From Patescibacteria group bacterium (GTDB lineage: Bacteria; Patescibacteriota; Minisyncoccia; Phycocordibacterales; UBA9973), in assembly GCA_040390725.1 (NCBI GenBank), contig JAZJXT010000004.1:30026-94025 (forward strand): 64,000 bases of DNA. The letters run 5' to 3'. Each line of letters starts with the position of its first letter. Position 1 is the first letter of the stretch. The notes beneath the pieces were generated by a model, which did not search any database, had not been told where the DNA came from, and saw only the letters and a program-made list of their open reading frames with translations. Of this stretch, positions 58,198-64,000 are shown one piece after another. Both the position numbers and the translations under genes were made by a program.

Positions 58198-58737
58198 ATG
58201 AATAAGAATGACTATTCCAAGAAAATATTAAAGATTTTAGGACAAAAAAGCGCTATTTCAGTGCCAGAAATTAATAAACACCTCACCCCTGACCCCTCTC
58301 CGGAGTACCAGAGAGGGGAAAAATACGCCATTACACGCTCTTTAAAGGGCTTGAAAGAAGCGGGGTTTATAGAACAAGTGCATTCTGGACAGAATAACTA
58401 CGCCCGACTGACAAAAGAAGGAAAAAAGAAAATGCATAGTTTGAAACTCGAAAATGAAACGACTTTGGTAAATACTTCTTGGGATGGATTTTGGAGAATT
58501 ATTTTACTCGACTTGCCGGAAAATAGAAAAAGTGAACGCGAAAGTTTGCGTTATTTGTTAAAAAAAGCGGGATTCGTCTGCCTGAAAAATTCCGCTTGGA
58601 TTTCCCCCTACCCTTTTGAACACCTTTTCATAAATATAAAAAAAGACCTAGGCCTGACTTCCGAGATGATGATAATAGTCACGCAATTCGTAGACGAAGA
58701 AACCAAAAAAATATTGTTTGAAACTTTTGGAAAGTAA
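58198..58737 (+). CDS. PaaX-like wHTH transcriptional regulator with Cas2-like central domain
   Basis: RSLKGLKEAGFI, RLTKEG, WDGFWRIILLDLPE..K.ER..LR..L...GF..L..SAWISP. Confidence 0.85.
   Translation: MNKNDYSKKILKILGQKSAISVPEINKHLTPDPSPEYQRGEKYAITRSLKGLKEAGFIEQVHSGQNNYARLTKEGKKKMHSLKLENETTLVNTSWDGFWRIILLDLPENRKSERESLRYLLKKAGFVCLKNSAWISPYPFEHLFINIKKDLGLTSEMMIIVTQFVDEETKKILFETFGK
58279..58320. repeat. REP-like element in frame within the PaaX-like gene
   Basis: CACCTCACCCCTGA-CCCCTCTC-CGGAGTACCA-GAGAGGGG-AA, translating as HLTPDPSPEYQRGE. Confidence 0.7.
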
Positions 58738-60429
58738 TCAATACATCTCCTGCTGGTAACACTGCTCGCAGTAAAGCACATATTTCTTTTGATCTTCAGG
58801 AGAATAAGATGTAGTAATTTCCTTTGAGCATTTTGCGCATTTGATAGGCCATAAATTAAATGTATTTCTTTTATTCATTCTATTTTGATGCCGGCAATTA
58901 AAACATTGCGCCGGAAGCGCTAACCTATTTTTCTTGTAAAAAACAATTTCCCTATTTATTAATTTAAAATTCTTCTCGCAACTCTCACAAGTTAAAACTT
59001 CTTTCAGTAAATCATCGTTATAATCATCGGGATTTTTTGGCAATTTTGAAAATTCAATAGTACCCTGTCCTTTAGTGCTCGGTATATTATCTTTCCATAA
59101 AAACCCTTTGTTCTGTGCCTCTTCTTTTGTCAAAGGCATATGTTCATTGACGATGGATTCGTTGTAAGCAAAAGGGCTCATAAAACTCGGAAAGAAATTC
59201 CCCCATTCGCCATTCTTATTCATATGCTCAATTAATTTACTGACCAGAATTTCGTATTCTTGTTTTGAATACTGTTTGTTGAAAATGCAATATGATTTCT
59301 TGCGCAAACCACAACAGCCGAATAAATTATTGGAACCGTAGCAATTGCTGGAATAAAAAACATCATGCGAGTCAACCGCCAACTCTGAGCCGATAATTCT
59401 ACTACTGCCAAGGCAAGTAAGAGCTTGATAACTTTCTTCTACCCCATTACCGGAAAAAGAACAATCATATGAGTTCACGGCTTTTGCAATAATAAAACAA
59501 TATTTGGAATTCTCACCGCCTTTTATATCAAAAGAATTTAAAATATTATGAGAATTATAAATGTGATTGCCGGAAACTTTATTATTGTGCGAACCAAAAA
59601 ATGCGCGCTGGGGAACTTTTGTCCGTAAATTATCCCGTTCTTTTAAAATATAATCTATTGATGATTTTTCAGTTAAAGGATATTTCAGTAAAAAATCTTT
59701 ATACTCTTCCCTTGTGACAGGCTTATTGAAAATATAATAAGACTTATTTACTTGCCCTACGCAACCGATGCAATTTAGACAATTCCGACAATCAAAAAGC
59801 CCTATGCTGTCTATACAACTTTCACACTCTTGGGAATAAAAAAGTTTAGTAGACTCCAGGCAGTCAATGCATTCATAGCAGGATTCGCATTTATAAAGAA
59901 AAATATTATCCACCGACTCACGAGAATTCCAAATAATATATCCATAATCACAATCTTCATCTTCGATACAACCAAAAATTAAATAACAATTTTTTGCTCC
60001 ATAAGCAATGTTTGCATATTCGCAATTTTCACTTTTTGTTTGCATTAAAGCCATATGCGGAACAACATTAAAAAGCTCAGCCAGCTGCTGAAAAAATGAT
60101 TTTGTAAAATCAAAATCTCTGCCATAACTCATCGGCTCCCAATCATCACCCCACCATTCTTCACTGGAGTAAACAGGAAAAAGCGTATCTGGACTATACA
60201 TTGAAACAATCATCTTTCCGCTTTTATCTGATTTCCTTTTATAAAGAGTTTTAAAATTTCTAAAACAAATTCGTAAGCGTTGTCTGCATTCAGGGCAAAT
60301 TTCTGGCACGGGAACCTTCATTCTTTCATAAAATCCAAAATCATCTTTTGTGATTTCAAAATCTTTTTTACAGTTCTGGCAATTTATCCCGCCTTGGCGT
60401 GGAGTTTTATTCTGACTGCTTATATTCAT
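58738..60429 (-). CDS. CPR-type Cys-rich repeat protein (paralog of 23805..25457)
   Basis: CQNC..CPEC, WWGDDW, S.NC repeats, CAKC-x19-CEQCYQQEMY. Confidence 0.85.
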   Translation of the reverse strand: MNISSQNKTPRQGGINCQNCKKDFEITKDDFGFYERMKVPVPEICPECRQRLRICFRNFKTLYKRKSDKSGKMIVSMYSPDTLFPVYSSEEWWGDDWEPMSYGRDFDFTKSFFQQLAELFNVVPHMALMQTKSENCEYANIAYGAKNCYLIFGCIEDEDCDYGYIIWNSRESVDNIFLYKCESCYECIDCLESTKLFYSQECESCIDSIGLFDCRNCLNCIGCVGQVNKSYYIFNKPVTREEYKDFLLKYPLTEKSSIDYILKERDNLRTKVPQRAFFGSHNNKVSGNHIYNSHNILNSFDIKGGENSKYCFIIAKAVNSYDCSFSGNGVEESYQALTCLGSSRIIGSELAVDSHDVFYSSNCYGSNNLFGCCGLRKKSYCIFNKQYSKQEYEILVSKLIEHMNKNGEWGNFFPSFMSPFAYNESIVNEHMPLTKEEAQNKGFLWKDNIPSTKGQGTIEFSKLPKNPDDYNDDLLKEVLTCESCEKNFKLINREIVFYKKNRLALPAQCFNCRHQNRMNKRNTFNLWPIKCAKCSKEITTSYSPEDQKKYVLYCEQCYQQEMY

Positions 60430-61000
60430 AAACATTTACTCGCGCGGGGCGGAGAACGCGATCGCCTAGTTTGTAGCCTTTTTGAATGACATTGGAAATT
60501 TTGTGGTCATTTTCTTTTTTATCTGTTTGCATCATCTCAATAGACTCGTGCATATTTGGGTCAAAAGTTTCGCCCGCTTCACCTATTCCCTTTACGCCGT
60601 ATTCTTCAAAAACATTATTCATTTGCGCGTAAATATATTCCACGCCCTTACGCCAATTCTCATCTACTTTTTCCCAAGCTTGCTTGTTTGCAAATGCCAT
60701 ATTAAAACTATCCATCACGCCTAAAAATCGGGTCAAGATTCTCTCACGCATTGATTCCGACAACATTGATTTTCTGTCTTCCTCTTGTTTTTTGTAATTC
60801 ACAAAATCCGCGCGTTCTTTCTGCCAGCCGACTAAAAATTCTTCTTTTTCTTTTTTGCACGCCTTCAAATCAGCCCTAAATTTCTTTAAAGTTTTCTTTA
60901 AATCTTCCTCGCCGTCTTCATTGAATTCAAATTCAAGAACTTCTGTGTCGTCTTCTTTCGGCTCAGTATTTTCTACTTTTTTATTTTCTTCGTCTTGCAT
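60407..61000 (-). CDS. grpE: Nucleotide exchange factor GrpE
   Basis: RADFVNYKK, FDPNMHE, QKGYKLGDRVLRPARV. Confidence 0.95.
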   Translation of the reverse strand: MQDEENKKVENTEPKEDDTEVLEFEFNEDGEEDLKKTLKKFRADLKACKKEKEEFLVGWQKERADFVNYKKQEEDRKSMLSESMRERILTRFLGVMDSFNMAFANKQAWEKVDENWRKGVEYIYAQMNNVFEEYGVKGIGEAGETFDPNMHESIEMMQTDKKENDHKISNVIQKGYKLGDRVLRPARVNVYEYKQSE

Positions 61001-61018
61001 AAGCTAATATTAGCATAA

Positions 61019-61046
61019 AAAAATCTCCCAGGAAAGGGAGATTTTT
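61019..61046 (-). terminator. Intrinsic terminator after rpsI
   Basis: AAAAATCTCCC-AGGAAA-GGGAGATTTTT. Confidence 0.75.
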
Positions 61047-61060
61047 CATAAACGATAAGA

Positions 61061-61474
61061 TTAACGTTTACTCCATTTTGGAGCCTTACGAGCCTTTTTG
61101 AGACCGAATTTGCGTCTTTCTTTAGCTCTTGGATCACGTTTTAGATAACCTAATGTCTTTAATTTACCGCGAAGTTCTGGTTCTGATTCTGTAAGAGCGC
61201 GAGCGAGGCCGTGGCGAACAGCTTCGGATTGGGAATGAATTCCACCTCCGGAAACCTTTGCTTCTACGCTCCACTTTGACCCAGGCTTTGCCTTGATCAT
61301 AGGGTCTTGGACTAATCGGCGTTGATCTTCAGTTTGAAAATATTCTTTTGAATCTTTGCCATTTACAACGAAGCTAGCCTTTGCGGATTCAAAAATACGC
61401 ACTCGCGCAGTAGACGTCTTTCTTCGTCCTATTGCTTCGATATATTTTGCTGTTGATTTTTTTTCTGTTGCCAT
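61061..61474 (-). CDS. rpsI: 30S ribosomal protein S9
   Basis: GRRKTS.ARV, GGG..SQ.EA, ERRKFGLKKARKAP.WSKR. Confidence 0.97.
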   Translation of the reverse strand: MATEKKSTAKYIEAIGRRKTSTARVRIFESAKASFVVNGKDSKEYFQTEDQRRLVQDPMIKAKPGSKWSVEAKVSGGGIHSQSEAVRHGLARALTESEPELRGKLKTLGYLKRDPRAKERRKFGLKKARKAPKWSKR

Positions 61475-61481
61475 AAATTAT

Positions 61482-61850
61482 TTAGTCTTGGATTTTTAAA
61501 TTCTTCATCATCTCTCTGCGGATTTTATTATCAGGAAGCATTTGGTACGTTGCGAGCTTTATCAATTCTTTTAAACCTTTCTTCTCAGATGTCTCCGTAC
61601 CTTTCATGATGCGAAGTCCTCCCGGATAACCCGAATATCTAGTGTGATAAATTTCATCCAATTTTTTTGGAGTAATTTTAAGCTTGGAAGCATTGATAAC
61701 TTTTACAGGAACTCCGGAATATACATTTCTCTGAAATGTTACCTTTGTCTTACCCATCAAAGACATAGCTACTTCTGTGGCTACTCGCCCTAAAGTCCTG
61801 CCTCCGGCATCTATCGTCTTTTCTTCATTTTTGTTAATTATTTTTTTCAT
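61482..61850 (-). CDS. rplM: 50S ribosomal protein L13 (short form)
   Basis: IDA.G..LGR.A, V.VINA, YSGYPGG, MLP. Confidence 0.93.
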   Translation of the reverse strand: MKKIINKNEEKTIDAGGRTLGRVATEVAMSLMGKTKVTFQRNVYSGVPVKVINASKLKITPKKLDEIYHTRYSGYPGGLRIMKGTETSEKKGLKELIKLATYQMLPDNKIRREMMKNLKIQD

Positions 61851-61892
61851 AACTTTGTTATACTAAACTATTTCTACAAATTACACAAATTC

Positions 61893-62246
61893 CTAAACAA
61901 ACTCAATGACTGCCATCTCTGCGCCGTCCGACTTTCTCGCGCCTAATTTCAAAATCCTAACATATCCGCCTTTTCTCTCTGCGTATTTCGGAGCGATAAC
62001 ATCAAAAAGTTTCTTTACTTCCTTGCTACGATTTGTAAGCTTGGAAATAACCAAACGTCGTGAAGCTAAAGTGTTTATCTTTGCTTTTGTAACTAATTTC
62101 TCTATGAAAGGTTTTAATTCTTTTGCTTTTGGTAAAGTTGTTTTGATTTTTTCTCGCACTATTAAGTTGAGCGCCAAAGAATGCATCAAAGCGTTTCTCT
62201 GATTTTTTTCTCGTCCGAATTTTCTTTTATTGCTGTGGTGTCTCAT
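61893..62246 (-). CDS. rplQ: 50S ribosomal protein L17
   Basis: MRH, I.TT.PKAKE, R.GGY.RI.K. Confidence 0.97.
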   Translation of the reverse strand: MRHHSNKRKFGREKNQRNALMHSLALNLIVREKIKTTLPKAKELKPFIEKLVTKAKINTLASRRLVISKLTNRSKEVKKLFDVIAPKYAERKGGYVRILKLGARKSDGAEMAVIEFV

Positions 62247-62251
62247 AAAAA

Positions 62252-63244
62252 TTATTCCTTCAAATTAAGCCCGAATTTGCCGAGCGCTTTTTTAATTTCT
62301 GTAATTCCTTTCTCGCCGATACCTTCCACTTCCAACAAATCCTCACGCTTCTTACGAGCAAGACCGCCAAGTGTACGGATATTTGCATTTGTAAGAGCAT
62401 TCAAAGTTCTAGTGGAAAGATCAAGTGTATCAGTGCGAGTCTTTAGAACATCAGTAAAATCATCGCCTTTTGATTCATCAGCACTTTCTTCTTTATTTTC
62501 AGATTTTGATTCAGCCTTTGCAACTTTCTTTACAGGCTTTTCTTCTTCTACTATTTCTTTAAAATCAACAATTGCTTTTAATTGATGAATCATTATTTCG
62601 ATAGACTTTGCCAAAACTTCACGAGGAGTAAGAGTGCCGTCAGTCTCAATAGAAATTCTCAAGCGATTGTGATTTGTATTGTCACCAACACGCATATTTT
62701 CAACTTCATAAGCAACTCGGCGTATAGGAGTAAAAATAGCATCGACAGCAATAGTGCCGACTTCTACTTTTTCTTTTTGCATAACTTCTTTTGGAATAAA
62801 GCCGAGACCTTTTTCTATTTTCATTTCAATATCTAAACTAACCTTACCTGTAACTTCAGCAATGTAAAGCTCTGGATTTAAAATCTCTACTTGTCCGCTT
62901 ACCTTTATGTCTCCTGCAGTAACCAACTTTGGACCTTTGATTGAAAGTTTTACTGTCTGTGGCTCATCAGATGCCATTTTAAAACGAGTCTTTTTCAAAT
63001 TTAAAATCAAAATAATAACATCTTCTTTGATGCCATCCATAGTAGAAAATTCATGAGAAACACCTTCAATCTTTATAGACGTAATACTTGCGCCAGGCAA
63101 AGAAGAAAGAATAATCCTTCTCAAGCTGTTACCCAAAGTGTGTCCATATCCAGGGTAAAGACCGTCTATTTCAAATACTCCTTTATTTCCCTCTTCCGAA
63201 ACCGCACGTGGCTTGGAAGGTAAAATTATTTTGTAGTCAGGCAT
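62252..63244 (-). CDS. rpoA: RNA polymerase alpha subunit
   Basis: GYGHTLGNSLRRIILSSLPG, HEFST, DAIFTP, alpha-CTD. Confidence 0.98.
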   Translation of the reverse strand: MPDYKIILPSKPRAVSEEGNKGVFEIDGLYPGYGHTLGNSLRRIILSSLPGASITSIKIEGVSHEFSTMDGIKEDVIILILNLKKTRFKMASDEPQTVKLSIKGPKLVTAGDIKVSGQVEILNPELYIAEVTGKVSLDIEMKIEKGLGFIPKEVMQKEKVEVGTIAVDAIFTPIRRVAYEVENMRVGDNTNHNRLRISIETDGTLTPREVLAKSIEIMIHQLKAIVDFKEIVEEEKPVKKVAKAESKSENKEESADESKGDDFTDVLKTRTDTLDLSTRTLNALTNANIRTLGGLARKKREDLLEVEGIGEKGITEIKKALGKFGLNLKE

Positions 63245-63312
63245 AATTTTTTAAAAAAGTTAATTATAAATTTATAATATAAACAATACAATGAAAACGA
63301 AATGTTAAAAAT

Positions 63313-63918
63313 TTAACGGCTGTAGAATTCGAGAACGGCATTCAAATCTAGGAATGTCTCGATATTTTTTGGCTTCGCGGAAACCTTACCTTCCATTTTG
63401 CCGGGATCAAATGATAACCATGCGGGAGGATTGTAATCCTTTAATTTCTCTGCTAAATTTTCAAAAAGTTTACTGGTCTTGGAACCCTCGCGAACTTTTA
63501 TGATATCTCCAGGCTTAACTTCGTAAGAAGGAACAGTGATTTTGTGAGCTCCGATAACAAAGTGTCCGTGAGAAACCATTTGTCTCGCTCCGCGACGACT
63601 TGGGGAAAGTCCCATTCTGTAAACAACATTATCAAGGCGAGATTCTAATCCTTCATAGAATTTCTCAGCTGTGCCTGCACCTTTTATGTGTGAAGCTTTT
63701 TTAACGTAATTTGAAAGTTGTCTTTCTGTGATACCGTATGAGAAACGAACTTTTTGTTTTTCAACCAAACCTTGTCCATATTCAGATAGAGCCTTTGGGC
63801 GCTTTGCTCCAGGGCTGGCAAATTTGCCAGTAGCAGAAGAAAACTTGGCAGTCTGACATTTGTCATAAACTCCCGGACCTAATCTGCGACATATTTTAAA
63901 TTTTGGTTTTGGTATCAT
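63313..63918 (-). CDS. rpsD: 30S ribosomal protein S4
   Basis: SEYG..L.EKQK, LESRLDNVVYR, ARQMVSHGH, EFYSR; start at ATG 63918. Confidence 0.96.
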   Translation of the reverse strand: MIPKPKFKICRRLGPGVYDKCQTAKFSSATGKFASPGAKRPKALSEYGQGLVEKQKVRFSYGITERQLSNYVKKASHIKGAGTAEKFYEGLESRLDNVVYRMGLSPSRRGARQMVSHGHFVIGAHKITVPSYEVKPGDIIKVREGSKTSKLFENLAEKLKDYNPPAWLSFDPGKMEGKVSAKPKNIETFLDLNAVLEFYSR

Positions 63919-63949
63919 ATTTTTTAAAAAAATTATTATAACTTTATAT

Positions 63950-64000
63950 TTATACTCTTCGTGGCTTCTTTGCTTTTGGACCATTGTGCGGTACTGGTGT
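63950..64000 (-). CDS. rpsK: 30S ribosomal protein S11, 3' end only
   Basis: TPVPHNGPKAKKPRRV* directly upstream of rpsD. Confidence 0.9.
   Translation of the reverse strand, partial: TPVPHNGPKAKKPRRV

Noticed and set aside
58198-58737. Cas2 / CRISPR system
   Set aside because: The Cas2-like segment belongs to a PaaX-like regulator; no cas1 or repeat-spacer array seen in the window
51226-60429. Diversity-generating retroelement template/variable repeat pair
   Set aside because: No reverse transcriptase in the window; similarity is mostly at protein level and not an adenine-specific mismatch pattern
63919-63984. N-terminal extension of the rpsD ORF
   Set aside because: Overlaps the rpsK 3' end in another frame; true start is 63918
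1-64000. Alternative genetic code (TGA=Gly) and the many short antisense ORFs
   Set aside because: Conserved genes are full length under code 11 and TGA ends genes at sensible positions (12213, 18067); antisense ORFs are shadows of well-supported genes

Overview
AT-rich chromosomal window from a small-genome bacterium, most likely Patescibacteria/CPR (Parcubacteria, Nomurabacteria-like). This is inferred from the short DnaX, Rel and L13, the PaaX-like, Cys-rich and tRNA-adjacent HTH/LAGLIDADG-like families, and standard code 11. Housekeeping content: miaA, murA, parB, rel, topA-dprA, serS, dus, dnaX, mraY-ftsW-murG-gltX, rpmA, rplI, ctpA, mrdA, dnaK, grpE, rpsI-rplM, rplQ-rpoA-rpsD-rpsK(3' end), two tRNAs (Leu-CAA, Gln-TTG) and a nearly complete de novo purine pathway. 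Two accessory patches lie downstream of tRNA-Gln (~15.6-20.7 kb) and between grpE and dnaK (~56.2-60.4 kb). Main leads: (1) a stand-alone ~95-nt structured sRNA with its own promoter, convergent on a small BECR/PBECR-like nuclease gene and sharing its terminator (candidate RNA-antitoxin or RNP system); (2) GC-rich palindromes inserted in frame inside dus, purL, purQ and the PaaX-like gene; (3) an unannotated 42-aa mini-gene joining the N- and C-termini of the Cys-rich family at one such palindrome; (4) adjacent genes sharing an amyloid/RHIM-like N-terminal motif; (5) leaderless core genes versus leadered, self-contained ORFan cassettes; (6) a dif-like site at the gene-orientation switch. All calls are by eye; no searches were run.
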